A DNA stretch of 64,000 nucleotides from Hemiscyllium ocellatum (Eukaryota): positions 7,446,338-7,510,337 of the forward strand of contig NC_083444.1 of the NCBI RefSeq assembly GCF_020745735.1. Direction: 5' to 3'. The first letter of the stretch is position 1, and every line of letters starts with the position of its first letter. The position numbers and the translations under genes are program-made. Below, piece by piece: positions 13,861 through 27,323 of this stretch. The notes under the pieces were generated by a model that saw nothing but the letters and a program-made list of their open reading frames with translations, did not search any database and was not told where the DNA came from.

Positions 13861-13866
13861 TTTATT
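13861..13866 (-). terminator. Candidate poly(A) signal AATAAA of gene 2
   Basis: TTTATT on the plus strand, about 730 nt downstream of the gene 2 stop codon. Confidence 0.55.
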
Positions 13867-14594
13867 TTCAGATTCAACAAACAACTTATGTTAGCGCACA
13901 TGCATAATTCATAATATTCAGTGATGATTTCTTGAAAAATAACTAAATTATGAGAAGACTTTAATAACAAAGTATATTGTGACAGTATTGTTTTCCATTG
14001 GGCGCACAGAAATATAGAATATTAGAACAGGAGTAGACCATTCAGCCCCTCAAGCCTGTTCACCCGCACCATGGCTGATCATCCAACTCAGTGACCTTCC
14101 CCATTCCCTTGAATCCCCTATAGCTCTAAGAACTGGACCTCACTCCTTCTTGAAAACATGCAACGTTTCAGCCTCAATCGATTCATTGTGGCAGGGACAT
14201 TGTCACTTTTTACAAAGTGCTTCATGGAAACTCTGATTGGCAGAGGGTCAGCCAATGAGATGGAGCCGTGCCAGGGTTTATACCCGCCAGAATATATACA
14301 CAGGAGCAGGAAGCAATCTGTTCAGCAGCAAACGGAGACGATTTCACATCAGAGCAGCTCTGCAAACGGAGTTTCTTTCCTGGGGAACCAGAGCCTGGTT
14401 CAACATTGCAGCAAAACTCACAGTCCGCAGTGTCGACTTCAAAGGGGCTAGGTTCAAACCAGCTTTGGACAGTGAGGGCTGCGAGAATATGGGCCTGTTG
14501 TGTGACCGTGTAGGACTCAGTAAATTCCTTGCACGGGGGATTCCTACAGATAATTCCCATTGGATCCCGCATTCTCTCACTTGGTCTCTCCGCG

Positions 14595-14614
14595 CTAATT
14601 TCCATCCGAGGAAT
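14595..14614 (-). CDS. PILRB-like: Gene 2 terminal coding exon part (D-SSDGN*), then 3' UTR
   Basis: Acceptor gatttcAG|AT TCC TCG GAT GGA AAT TAG fits the phase-1 donor of the TM exon; acceptor and stop conserved in the copy at 63529-63548. Confidence 0.75.
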
Positions 14615-14789
14615 CTGAAATCGACAAGAAGGAGTAAAGCAGGAAAATCCCATGTTACAAGAGCAAAAGATAACAGCCAGAATCCCAAAAGGACGTGCAT
14701 CAATCCTGATGACTTTCACTCAGGGAAGGAGGCCAGAGCTGGCAAATCAGCTTCTCTTGCCCATCCTCTGATTTCCTTCACTCATGGAA

Positions 14790-15950
14790 CATGGTCATCA
14801 CTGGCTGGGCCCAGCATTTATTACCCGTCCCTAGTTGTGCCCTTGAGAAGATGGGGGTGAGCTGCCTTCTTGACCCACTGCAGTCCCGTGTGGTGTAGGG
14901 ACACCCACACAGCGCCCGTTAGGGAGGGAGCTCCAGGATTCTGACCCAGCGACACTGAGGGAACGGCCGATGTATTTCCAAGTCAGGATGGTGAGTGGGA
15001 GCTTGCAGGGAACAGTGTTCCCATGTACCTGCTGCCCTTGTCCTTCTGGATGGAAGTGGTCTTGGGTTTAGAAGGTGCTGTCTCAGGAGCCTTGCTGAGT
15101 TGCTGCAGTTCATCTTGGAGATGGTACACACACTGCTGCTACTGCGCGTCAGTGAGGGAGGGAGCGGATGTTTGAGGATGTGGTACAAATCAAGTGGTCT
15201 GCTTTGTCCTGGATGATGTTGAGCTTCTTGAGTGCTGTTGGAGCTGCACCCATCCAGGGCAAATGGGGAGTATTCCCTTACAATGCTGACTTATGCCTTG
15301 TAGATGGTGGACAGGCTTTGGGGAGTCAGGGGGTGAGTTATTCACTACAGTATTCCTAGCCTCTGACCTGCTCTTGCAGCCACTGTGTTTATGTGGTGAA
15401 TTCAGTTGAGTTTCTGCTCAATGGTAACCCTTAGGATGTTGACAGTCGGAGATTCAGTAATGGTGACAGTATTAATTCTGAAGGGGAATTGCTAGATTGT
15501 CTCTAATTGGAGATGGACATTGCCTAGCATTTGCGTGGCATGATGTTAGATGCCACTTGTCAGCCCAAGCTTGGATATTGTCCAGATCTTGTTGCATTTG
15601 GACACAGATTGCTTCAGTATCTGGGGAGTGGCGAATGGTGCTGAATGCTATGCAATCATCAGTGAACATTCCCAATTCTGAGCTTATGATGGAGGGAAGG
15701 GCATTGATGACGCACCTGAAGATGGTTGGGCCTAGGACACTACCCTGAGGGACTCCTGCAGAGATATCCTGGAGCTGAGATGACTGACCTCCAACAACCA
15801 CAACCATCTCCCTAGGTGTCAGGTATGAGTCTAACCAGTGGAGAGTTTGCCCCCTGATACCAATGGGCTCCAGTTTTGCCAGGGCTCCTTGAAGCTATGC
15901 TCACTCGAATGCAACCTTGATGTCAAGGGCTGTCACTCTCACCTCCCCTT
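14790..15950 (-). mobile_element. Degenerate LINE (L2/CR1-clade) RT fragment in gene 2 intron 3
   Basis: PQGSVLGPTIF..INALP..FTDD (ORF 15472-15807); homologous to 61915-63350. Confidence 0.75.
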
Positions 15951-16142
15951 CTGGGATTCAGCTCCTTTGTCCACGGATGATCCCAGATTCTAATAAGGTC
16001 TGGTATTCCACCATCCGGGGAGGCAGCCTGTATGTTGGCATGGATCCTGGATTGATGCAGGGACCCAGTATGGTGTTTCAGAAAAACATTGCCCTTGTCT
16101 GTGTGAGAGCAAACAATGACATGGTCTGTGAGAGCAGCTTAC

Positions 16143-16331
16143 CTGTAACTTCCTTCCTGTTCATCAAACACATTCCAACCAGCCAAACAGTCACTAGGAT
16201 TGTGAGAGCGAAGCCCGCCTTGATGATGAGGATTAGACCCTGAGGCAGTGGGTCCCCACCATCCACACTGCGCTGGGAGGCTGCACTCACTGAGGAGGGG
16301 GCACGGTCTGTCGTGGTCTCTGGTCTCCATG
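16143..16331 (-). CDS. PILRB-like: Gene 2 stalk + transmembrane exon with intramembrane Lys (189 nt, phase 1-1)
   Basis: ttgtctttgaacAG|..|GTAAGC; encodes AWRPETTTDRAPSSVSAASQRSVDGGDPLPQGLILIIKAGFALTILVTVWLVGMCLMNRKEVT. Confidence 0.88.
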
Positions 16332-16469
16332 CTGTTCAAAGACAAGGATCCAGCTCAATGATGTGGGAGCAGGAGGGAGAGAAAGAGCCGGGGCTGGAGT
16401 GAGAAACAGGAGCAAATACACTCAGAGGGCAGACCCTGGGGACACGGGATGGTCAGAGACACTGACCCA

Positions 16470-17140
16470 GGGCGGGGGGTGAAGGGGAGTCGGTGTCTGT
16501 GACACTGGGGAGTAAGAGGACGTCAGTGTCTGTGACCCTGGGGTGATGAGGGGGAATCAGTGTCTCTGACCCTGGAGAATGAGGGGAGTCAGTGTGTCTG
16601 TCCCTGAGGGAGTGAGGGGGAGTCAGTGTCTCTGTCCCTGTGGAGTTGGGGAGTTGTCACTTTGATCCTGGGGAGTCGGTGTGGGGAGAATCAGTGTCTC
16701 TGGTTCGAGGGAGTGAGGGTGAAAATGTTGATGTTTCAGGCAAGAGACCTTCATTAGTGAGAGAGAGTCAGTGTCACTGACCCTGGGGAGTGAAGGGGTG
16801 TCTCAGTGTGACTGACCCTGGGGGGTGAGGGGGTGTCTCAGTGTGACTGACTCTGGGGAGTGAGGGGGGTGTCTCAGTGTGATTGACCCTGAGGAGTGAG
16901 GGGGTGTCTCAGTGTGACTCACCCTGGGAAGTGAGGGGGTGTCTCAGTGTGACTGACCCTGGGGAGTGAGGGGGTGTCTCAGTGTGACTGAGTCTGGGGA
17001 GTGAGGGGGTGTCTCAGTGTGACTGACCCTGAGAGTGAGGGGGTGTCTCAGTGTGACTGACCCTGGGAAGTGAGGGGGTGTCTCAGTGTGACTGACCCTG
17101 GGGAGTGAGGGTGTGTCTCAGTGTGACTGACCCTGGGGGA
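16470..17140. repeat. ~36-37 bp minisatellite in gene 2 intron 2
   Basis: Tandem TCAGTGTGACTGACCCTGGGGAGTGAGGGGGTGTC; inverted counterpart at 61435-61905. Confidence 0.9.
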
Positions 17141-17418
17141 GAGTAAGGGAGTGGGAGTGAAGTGGTGAGTTTGGGAGATGACCCAGCCCCAGGGGGAGGT
17201 GATCTGAAAGTGTTTGTGTCCAAAGAGATTTCCCAGGAGCTGGGTCCCTCCCAGACGCTGCTGAATTGCTCCAGCTCTCTCTGTTTTACTCCACATGGGA
17301 ATGGATTGGATTTGACAATCCCATGTGATACCGAGTGTGGGAGAGACTGAATCTGGGATCACTCTCACCAGCATCGAGTTAGTGGCAGGGGAATCGGGGA
17401 TAAGGGGACGGAACTTAC

Positions 17419-17787
17419 CTCGGACAGTCAGGTAGGTCCCTGGGACGCTTTGCCAGAGCGCATAACGATTTCCTGTTATCGCCACCCGACAGAAATAACG
17501 GTTTGTATCCCTTGTTCTCAGCTGCTTTATCCGGATGGTCCCTGTCCTCTCCTTGGCCGGATCTCCCAGGAATTGAATTCGCCCTCGGTATTCAGGGTGA
17601 GTGTATCCCAGAGACATATTGAAGATAAATTCCCCGTGAAACTCGTTTCTTCTCCAGGCAATGTCATACCCTGTGGGTGTGTGTGTATCTGGGTAAGTGA
17701 ATGTACACGGGATGTCGATCCATCCCCCTTCCACACCCTCCAGTCGACCCGGTTGTTTCACTGTGAAACCATCTCCATGGATCATCC
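17419..17787 (-). CDS. PILRB-like: Gene 2 V-set Ig exon (369 nt, phase 1-1)
   Basis: Acceptor ctctccctcAG, donor GTAAGT; 6 aa differences from the gene 1 V exon. Confidence 0.93.
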
Positions 17788-18859
17788 CTGAGGGAGAGCG
17801 AAACAGCAAACAGTCATTTAGGAATCCTGAATAAATCTCTCCCAGCTGGAGACCAGTCCCCAGGATATCCCCCAGTGACAGAGAGACTCTGTAACTGAGA
17901 CAGCAAAATGTAACTCACTCCCAGGTATCTGTTATTCTGTATATAACCCACCCTGAACCCCCCCGATTACATCCCGGTCTGTAACTCACTCCCGGGTATC
18001 TGTTATTCTGTATATAACCCACCCCGAAGCCCTCGATTAGATTCCAGTCTGTAACTCCCTCCCAGGTATCTGTGATTCTGTATATAAACCACCCTGAACC
18101 CTTCGATTAGATTTCAGTCTGAAACTCACTCCCAGGTATCTGTTATTGTTTATATAAACCACCCTGGACCCCTTAATTAGATTCCTGTCTGTAACACACT
18201 CCTGGGTATCCGTTACTCTGTATATAAACCACCCTGAACCCCTCGATTTGATCCCAGTCTGTAATTATTCCTGGTGTATTTAATCAAAGCTGAACTACTA
18301 AAACTCCTGGATGAGTTTCCACTCTGTATTGTCTCTGTTTCAGTTCCTGGTTTTCTGGTCAGGGTCTCGCTGGGACACATTCCTTCCCCTGGGACCCAGA
18401 TTTCCAATCAATGTTTTCAGGATGGGGATACTGATGAGGGAGAGGGTTAAGGCCGGGGAAAATCCAAAACTGGCTTCCATTCTCCCCGTCTCCCCCAAAT
18501 GTGTAACTCACTCTGCGCCCACCCCCGAACCCATCACCATCAGAGATCCAACACCAGGTCACTGCATTGATCTATCTCCCGGACCAGCCACAAGGCAATA
18601 ACAAGGAGCCCTCTGTGTCTCAGTGCTTCACTTTGGGAATCCACAGCTCTGTGCATCCTGATCTCAGCCGTCAATTATCTTCCATTTTCCACACTCCACA
18701 GCAAATTCCCAAAGGACACTCTGCCCGTTAATTCATTCCTGACCCTGCTCACTGCTGCCCCCATCCTGCAGTCTCATCACCGCCCGGTTCGGTAACACCC
18801 TCATCCCTCAGTATCAACCCCGAGCCTGGTCGGAAAAACCCAGTGGTGAGTCAACCCTA

Positions 18860-20110
18860 CACTCTCTCCCTATCTCTGTAACCTCCTCCAGCCCCGACAC
18901 CCCCTCCCTAACTCTGTAACCCCCTTCAGCCCCTACACCCCTCCCTATCTCTGTAATCCACTCCAGCACCCACAGCCCTCCCTATCTCTGTAACCCCCTC
19001 AAGCCCCTACACTCCTTGCTATCTCAGTCAACCCTCTAGTCCCACACTCCTCCCTATCTCTCTAACCCCCTCCAGGCCCCACACCCCTCCCTATTTCTGT
19101 AATCCACTCCAGCCACCACACCCCTCCCTATCTCTGTAACTCCCTCCAGCCCCCACATCCCTCCCTATCTCTGTAACCCCCTCTAGCCCCCACATCCCTC
19201 CCTACACCTGTAACCCCCTCCAGGCCCCACACCCCTCCATATCTCTGTAACTCCCTCCAGCCCCTACGCCCCCTCCCTATCTCTCTAACCCCCTCCAGTC
19301 CCTACACCCCTCCCCATACCTGTAACCCCCTCCAGGCCCCACACCCCCTCCCTATCTCTGTAATCCACTCCAACTCCTTCACCCCTCCATATGCCTGTAA
19401 CCCCCTCCAGCCCCTACACCCCCTCCCTATCTCTGTAACCCCCTCCAGGCCCCACATCCTTCCCTATCTCTGTAACCCCCTCCAGGCCCCACACCCCTCC
19501 TTATCTCTGTAATCCACTCCAGCCCCCACATTCCTCTCTATCTCTGTAACCCCCTCCTGCCCCTACATCCCTCCCTATCTCCGTACCCCCCTCCAGCCCC
19601 TACGCCCTCTCCCTATCTCTGTAACCCCCTCCAGCCCCTACGCCCTCTCCCTATCTCTGTAACCCCCTCCAGCCCCGACACACCTCCCTACCTCTGTAAC
19701 CCCTTCTAGCCCCTACACCCTTCCCAATCTCTTCAACCTCCTACAGCCCCTACATCTCTCCCTATCTCTGTAACCCCCTCCAGCCCCTACAGCCCTCCCT
19801 ATCTCTGTAACCCCCACCAGCCCCTACACCCCCTCCCTATCTCAGTATGCTCCTCCAGCTCTTACACCCCTCCCATTCTCTGTCACCTCCTCCAGACCTT
19901 ACACCTCCAACCATATCTCTGTAAATTCCTCCAGCCCTTACACCCCTCCTATCTCTAAATTCCTCCTGTTGCTGTACCCTTCCCCTCCCTATCATTATCA
20001 CCCCTCCAGCCCATACATCCCTCCCTCTCTCTGTAACCTCCACCAGTCCTCCTTGGTCTCTGCCTCCCTTTCAATCCCTACATCCCTCCCTAGCCCTCTT
20101 ACCTCCAGTA
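18860..20110. repeat. ~37-38 bp minisatellite in gene 2 intron 1
   Basis: Same unit family as 5622-6350. Confidence 0.9.
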
Positions 20111-20811
20111 CCTATAATCCTCCATGGCAGAGGTTGTGTTGAGGGGGTATACCTTTGGAAGGTCTTAGTCTGTGGTTAGAGGACCCCCCCCCCCCCGCCA
20201 ACCAAACCTCTCCCCCTCCCACAATCTCTCTTTCCTCATGTTCCCCCATAAACCCCTCCCTCTGTCTGATCACTGGGTTAATTCTCCTAAAACCTCTTCT
20301 GGATGCCTGTCCTTTCACTGGGATGGATCTGGGGACTGCCTCAAGGAGCAGATTTGGGACTGAGTTGAGGAGGAACGTCTTCCCCCAAAGTATTATGAAT
20401 CTGTGTAATTCCCTGCCCAGGGAAGTAGCTGAGGTTACCCCGTTGGGTGTTTTTGGATAGATCTTTGAACAGTTAAGGAGTTAAGGGTTATGGAGATCGA
20501 GCGTGGGTAAGTGGTGCTGAATCCATGAAAAGTTGAGCAATGACCTATTGAAAGGGGGAGCAGGCCAGAGGGGCCAACTGGTTTAATTCTGCTCTTGTAA
20601 TCAAAGGGCTCCCTCCTACAACGCTGTTGTAATTTCATCCACCCTCTTCCCTTGAGCAGATGGTATCAACATTTAAAAACACATACAAACAGATTCAAGA
20701 ACAGCTTCTTCCCCGTGCGACCATGCTGCCCCTTAAACAAGGTTATTGTAACCCTTGGTTTCTTTGAAGAGGGGTTGCAAAGGCAGAGCTTCCGATATGT
20801 CTGATGTACAC

Positions 20812-21039
20812 CTGAACTAGAGGAGTGAGGACTGCAGATGCTGGAGATCAGAGCTGAAAATGTGTTGCTGGAAAAGCGCAGCAGGTCAGGCAGCATCCAA
20901 GGAACAGGAGATTCGACGTTTCGGGTAGATTCCTGAAGAAGGGCTTATGCCCAAAACGTCGAATCTCCTGTTCCTTGGATGCTGCCTGACCTGCTGCGCT
21001 TTTCCAGCAACACATTTTCAGCTCTGAACTAGAGGAGTG
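20812..21039. mobile_element. Penelope-tail-derived palindromic insertion with 16-bp target-site duplication
   Basis: CTGAACTAGAGGAGTG at 20812-20827 and 21024-21039; 75-bp inverted arms 20851-20925 / 20950-21024. Confidence 0.8.
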
Positions 21040-21289
21040 CCAATAACCCGGGGGGGTGGAGGGTTTGGGAAATTTCCCAATGAGCTTCAGGAGGGTTTAA
21101 ACTAATTCATTAGGGGTTTGGGAACCTGAATTGTAGCTCTAGTGTACAGGAGGTTGAAAGTAGTGAGGTCATAAATAAGATTGCAAGGTCATACGAGTGT
21201 ACCGGTGGCAGGAAAGTGGTTTGAAGGGTGTCTACCTCAATGCCAGGAGCATCCGGAATAACATGTGTGAACATTGCAGCATGAGTTGG

Positions 21290-24018
21290 TACCTGGGACT
21301 TCGATGTTGTGGCCATTTTGGAGACATGGATAGGGCGGGGATAGGAATGGTTGTTGCAGGTTCAGGGATTTAGATGTTTCAGAAGAACAGGCAAGGTGGT
21401 AAAAGAGGAGGAGGTGTGGCACTGTTAGTCAAGGACAGTCTTACGGTGGCAGAGAGGACGTTTGTTGAGGACTCGTCGACTGAGTTAGTATGGGCTGAGG
21501 TTAGAAACAGGAAAGGAGAGGTCACCCTGTTGGGAGTTTTCTATAGGCATCCAAAAAGTTCCAGAGATGTAGAGGAAAGGTTTACAAAGATGATTCTGAT
21601 AGGAGTGAGAGAGACAGAGTAGTTGTTATGAGGGACTTTAACTTTCCAAATATTGACTGGAAATGCTATAGTTCAAGTTGTTTAAATGGATCAGTTTTTG
21701 TCCAATGTGTGCAGGAGAGTTTCATGACACAGTACGTAGATAGGCCAATAAGGGGTAGGACCTCATTGGATTTGGTACTGGGGAATGAACCCAGATAGGT
21801 GAGCACTTTGATGACAGTGACCACAATTTGGTTGCATTTACTTTAGCAATGGAAAGAGATAGGTATATACCGCAGGGCAAGGATTATAGCTGGGGGAAAG
21901 GGAATTATGATGCAATTAGGCAAGATTTAGGATGCATAGGATGAGGAAGGAAACTGCAGGGGACGGGCACAAATGAAATACGGAGCTTATTCAAGGAACA
22001 GCTACTGCGTGTCGTTGATAAGTATGTAGCAGTCAGCCAGGGAGGAAGTGGTTGAGCGAAGGAACTGTGGTTTGCTAAAGAAGTTGAATCTCGTGTCAAG
22101 AGGAAGAAGGAGGCTTAGGTAACGATGAGACATGAAGGCTCAGTTAGGGCATTTGAGAATTATAAGTTACCCAGGAAGGACCTAAAGAGAGCTAAGAAGA
22201 GCCAGGAATGGACATGAGAAGTCTTTGGCTCGTAGGATCATGGAAAGCCCTAAAGCTTTCTCTAGGTATGTCAGGAATAAAAGAATGACTACAGTAAGGT
22301 GAAGACAGTAATGGGAAGCTGTCCATGGAGTCCAAGGAGATAGGAGAGGTGCTAAATGAATATTTTTTGTCAGCATTCACACTGGGAAAAGGCAATTTTG
22401 TCTGGAATACTGATATTCAGACTATTAGACCAGACGGGATTGAAGATCACAAGGACGAGGTGTTAGCAATTCCGGAAAGTGTGAAAATACATAAGTCCGC
22501 TGGGACAGATGGGATTTATCCTCGGGTTCTCTGTGAAGCAAGGGAGGAGATTGCAGAACCTTTGGCTTTGATTTTTATGTCGTCATCGTCGACAGTAATA
22601 GTGCCAGAAGTTGGAAGATAGCAAATATCATTCCCTTGTTTCAGAAGGGAAGGAGGGACAACCCTGGTAATTATAGACCAGTGAGCCTTACTTCAGTTGT
22701 GGGGAAAATGTTAGAAAGGATTATACGAGATACGATTTAGAAGCGTCTAGAGAGGAATAATGCGATCAGGGATAGTCAACATGATTTCATGAAGGGTAGG
22801 TCATACCTCAAGAACCTTATTGAGTTCATCAAGAAGGTGACTAAACAGGTGGATGAGGGTAAAGCAGTTGATGTGGTGAATATGGATTTCAGTAAGGCGT
22901 TTGATAAGATTCCCCACAATAGGCTATTGCAGAAAGTACACAGATATGGGATTGAGGGTAATTTAGCAGTTTGGATCAGAAATTGGATAGCTGAAAGAAG
23001 ACAGAGGATGGTGGTTGGTGGGAAATATTCATCCTGGAGATCAGTACCACAAGAATCTGGTTGGGGGCCACTGCTGCTTGTCATTTTTATAAATGACCTG
23101 GATGATAGGGGTAGGAGGATGGGTTAGTAAATTTGTAGATGACGCTAAAGTGGGTGGAGTTGTGGACAGTGCGGAAGGATGTTGCAGGTTACAGAGGGAC
23201 ATAAATAAGCTGTAGAGCTGGGCTGAGAGGTGGCAAATGGAGTTTAATGCAGAAAAGTGTGAGGTGATTCATTTTGGAAGGAGTAACAGGAATACTACAT
23301 ACTAGACTAATGGTAAGAATCTTGGCAGCATGCATGAGCAGAGAGATCTTGGTGTCCATGTGCATAAATCCCTGGAAGTTGCCACCCTGATTGATTGGGT
23401 TGTTAAGAAGGCATGGGGTGTGTTGACTCATATTGATAGAGGGATTGAGTTTCGGAGGCATGAGGTCACGCTGGACAAAACACTGGTGTGGCCGCATTTG
23501 GAGTATTGCGTACTGTTGTGGCCACTGCATTATAGGAAGGCTGTGTAAGCATTGGAAAGGGTGCAGAGGAGATTTACCAGGATGTTGCCTGGTATGGAGG
23601 GAGGACCTTATGATGAAAGGCTGAGGGACTTGAGGCTGTCTTTGTTAGAGAAAAGGTTGAGAGGTGACTTAATGGAGTCATACAAGATGATTAGAGGATT
23701 AGATAGGGTGAACAGTGAAAGCCTTTTTTCCTTGGATGGTGATGGCTAGCATGAAGGGACATTGCTTTAAAAGGAAGGGTGATAGATATAGGACAGATGT
23801 CAGAGGTAGGTTCTTCACTCAGAGAGTAGTAAGGGCGTAGAATGCCCTGCCTGCAACAATAGTAGACTCACCATCTTTAAGGGCATTTAAATGGTCATTG
23901 GATAGGTATATGGATGAGAATGGAATAGTGTAGGTTAGATGGGCTTCAGATTGGTTCCACAGGTTGGCACAACATCTAGGGCCGAAGGGCCTGTACTGCA
24001 TTGGAATTTCTATGTTCT
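21290..24018 (+). mobile_element. CR1 LINE ORF2 (endonuclease + RT), degenerate
   Basis: LLGVFYRHPK, DVVNMDFSKAFDKIPH, KAWGVL..IDRGIEF; TTCTATGTTCT tail. Confidence 0.9.
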
Positions 24019-24019
24019 C

Positions 24020-26820
24020 TGTCTGGGAATGTCTTTTTGAAATGGCTTGGAAAGTTTTTATTTGAAAACACTTGTACAATGAAAGGGGAGTGGCCAGTTC
24101 TCCTGGTTCAGGGATGTTTCTCTGGTTTGGTTTTGTCAAGCAGTCTGTTCGAAGCCACTGGACAAAGAAAGCTGCTGGGGGAGAAGGTTCCCTGATCTGG
24201 AGAGGGTTCCTGACAGACCTTCCCTCTCCCTCTCACTCTGCAATCCCTCTCCTATAAGAACCCGTGTTTGAATTTACCTTTTTGCCAAGGGGTGTGTTAT
24301 GGGATGTTGCGGAAAATTGGAATAGCTCTTTGTTAAGTTGCGTTTTTGTGTCGGTTGGGTTTTCACACAATGGGGTTTTCTCTTGTTCATGTACAAATGA
24401 ATTCTGTTTTGTTGAATACCGAGTGGTTTGGCCAGCTGTATCAATCCTGGAACATCTGCTTAAAACAACCAGAAAAAATGCAGGGTCTGGGATACCTGCT
24501 TACAATGCTTTGAGGGGGTCTGGCCTGGTCCATAACAGATTGGGGGCTCGTCCGGGATTTATTCTATAGTTCCAATTTGGGATTAAGGTTGCTGTGCTCA
24601 AAGGCAGCGAGTGGAAGGTGTTAGTGTCTTTTGAGCCAGGTGTTGAATTTGGATGGTTTAAACACTGCTTGGGGGAGTAATGGCTCTTTCAGTCACGAAG
24701 AGTATTCTGGGGGTGGGAGAAGTGACCTTGGGGGTTTTACAAAACAAGGCAAAGCTGCTGCAATTAGCAGACAGACTGAACTTGGGGTTATCTACATTCC
24801 TCAGAAATGGGAGAGATATTTACAGCATTTAAATTTGTTGGAAATGCCATTTGAATCTTTGGAGATGCCGAAACTTCAGTTGAAGATGGAGCAGCTTGAG
24901 TTAGAGGCAAAAGGAAAAGAGGAAAATAAATGAAACTGTTGAAATTACGATTCAAAGCAGAAGAAAGAGAAAAAGAGTGAAATGCCCTAGCAGAACAAAA
25001 GGAAATGGACAGAATCGGGCGGCATGGTGGCACAGTGGTTAGCACTGCTGTCTCACAGCGCCTGAGACCCGGGTTCAATTCCCGACTCAGGCGACTGACT
25101 GTGTGGAGTTTGCATGTTCTCCCCGTGTCTGCGTGGGTTTCCTCCGGGTGCTCCGGTTTCCTCCCACAATCACAAAGATGTGCGGGTCAAGTGAATTGGC
25201 CATGCTAAATTGCCCGTAGCGTTAGGGTAAGGGGTAAATGTAGGAGTATGGGTGGGTTGCGCTTCGGCGGGTCGGTGTGGACTTGTTGGGCCGAAGGGCC
25301 TGTTTCCACACTGTAAATAATCTAATCTAATCATTTCAAAAAGAGAGAGAGAGAGAGGGGAAAGGAAGAAAGAGAGGGGGTTTGAACTTAATAGTTCAGG
25401 ATAGTCAGCTTAAAAGGATGGAGATGAAGGCTGAAGGTAAATTCGGTGAAGGAGAGTGTGAGGATGAGCAAACCCCTGGGAGCCAAAAACCTGGTGGTCC
25501 AATACACCCAAGCGTTGCCTCAATTTGATGAGAAGGATGTAGAAGCCTTTTTCATCTCAATTGAGAAGGTGGCTAAACAAATGCAGTGGGCAGTGACTAC
25601 TTGATCCAAACAAAACTTGTAGGTGCAACAAGTGAGGTCTTCACATCCCTATCAGAGGCGGAGTGGGGAGGTCGTATGAGGTGGTGAAGAAAGCCATCTT
25701 AAGTGCATATGAACTTGTGCCAGAAACTTACAGACAACTTACAGGCTCAGTGGTTAGCACTGCTCCCTCACAGCGCCAGGGACCCGGGTTCAATTCCCAC
25801 CTCGGGCAACTGGCTGTGTGGAGTTTGCACATTCTCCCCTTGTCTGTGTGGGTTTCCTCCGCGTGCTCCGGTTTCAAAGGTGTGCAGGTTAGGTGAATTG
25901 GTCACGCTAAATTGCCCATAGTGTTAGGTGAAGGGGTAAGTGTAGGGGAATGGGTCTGTGTGGGTTGCTCTTCGGAGGGTTGGTGTGGACTTGTTGGGCC
26001 GAAGGGCCTGTTTCCACATTGTAAGTAATCTAAAAAAAAGTTTCAGGAGTCTAAGGAGTGACCCTGGTCAAACCTACATTGAGTTTGAAAAGATTAAACA
26101 AAGTAATTTTGACAGATGGAGAAGGGGATTAAAAATAGAACAAAACTATGACACTCTTAGAGAGAGGATTATTTGGAGGAGTTTAAAAATTCCCTTTCTG
26201 AGGGAGTGAGAACCCCTGTGGAAGAGCAGAGAGTGAAGACAGCAAGATTAGCAGCTGAAACGGCTGCTGGTTAAGAGTTAGTTCATAAATCAAAGTTTGG
26301 CTTCCAGCATCAATTTCAATCCCTGAGCGATAGAAGCTGGGGAAAAGAGAAATCCTCACATGGTAAGGGAAAAGCAGATCTCAGTGAAGGTCATCAGGAT
26401 AACACCGGAGTTGTTTAACGTCTCTTTCCCCTTCAAGGGTTTCTATTTTACCCTGTGGTAAGTTATCCTGATGCTCACATGTTTCCTGATTCAACAGAAG
26501 TTTCTGTCTGACACACCCCCTCCCTGCAATCCCTCTCCTGTAAGAACCTGTACTTGAATTTATCATATTGCCATGGAAATTGGGACGGCTCTTTGTTGAG
26601 TTATATTTCCATGTTCGTTGGGTTTTCAAACAGTTCCTTTATTCAAAGCTTGGTTTCCTTTCGTTTGTGTATAAATAAATCCTGTTTCATTTCAGACCGA
26701 GTGGTTTGACCAGTAGTGTCGCTGTTGGAATATCCACCTTGCTTAAAACAACGAGAAAAGCTCAGGTCTGGGCTGCCTGCTTAAAATGTTTGGGGGTGGG
26801 GTCTGCATGGTGCCGGCATT
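24020..26820 (+). mobile_element. Internally deleted Gypsy-type LTR element (LTR part, tRNA-Pro PBS, gag remnant, LTR part) with two nested SINEs
   Basis: LTR ends CATAACA at 24537; PBS TGGGGGCTCGTCCGGGAT at 24541-24558 is complementary to the tRNA-Pro 3' end; gag remnant homologous to 43400-44200. Confidence 0.8.
25018..25332 (+). mobile_element. HE1-type SINE nested in gag
   Basis: Full head and TAATCTAATCTAA tail. Confidence 0.85.
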
Positions 26821-27323
26821 ATCAGACTTTTGAACAGGCCTCCCAAATATTAATTCTGATCTCTCTCTCTCTCTGCACCTTCTCTGTGACTGTAACACTC
26901 TGTTCTGCTACCCTGACACACTCCGTACAGTACAATCTGCCTTTCGAGCACACAAAACAATACTTTTCGCTATACCTCGGGACATGTGACAACAATAAAT
27001 CAATCCACCAGCCCTGGACACTTCTAGAGATAGACACTGCTGTTTGGAACGATGGCCCGATTCCACCATAAATTGCCAAGTCGGGATGTGAATCCAAACT
27101 TGTTTCGTTGAGGGGTCTTATTTTTCTACTTAAATGCAATGAACCATTGTTTTGGAACTTGACAAGTTCCCTTAATAAGCAGCCGAATGGAAAGGAACTC
27201 GTGGTGATTTACCCAAGGGATAGAAAAAAGCTTGGAGTCACGGAGTGGCTGGTGAAAGGAAGGACTGAGTCCGAATCAGACGCCAAGTTGGTGACTCATT
27301 GGAATGAGATTGAATTGACTCAC

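Noticed and set aside
14158-14594. Long overlapping ORFs at 14158-14860 and 63609-63997 as a protein-coding gene
   Set aside because: The two copies differ by frame-breaking indels, and the region lies between the gene 2 stop and its poly(A) signal, so it reads as 3' UTR.
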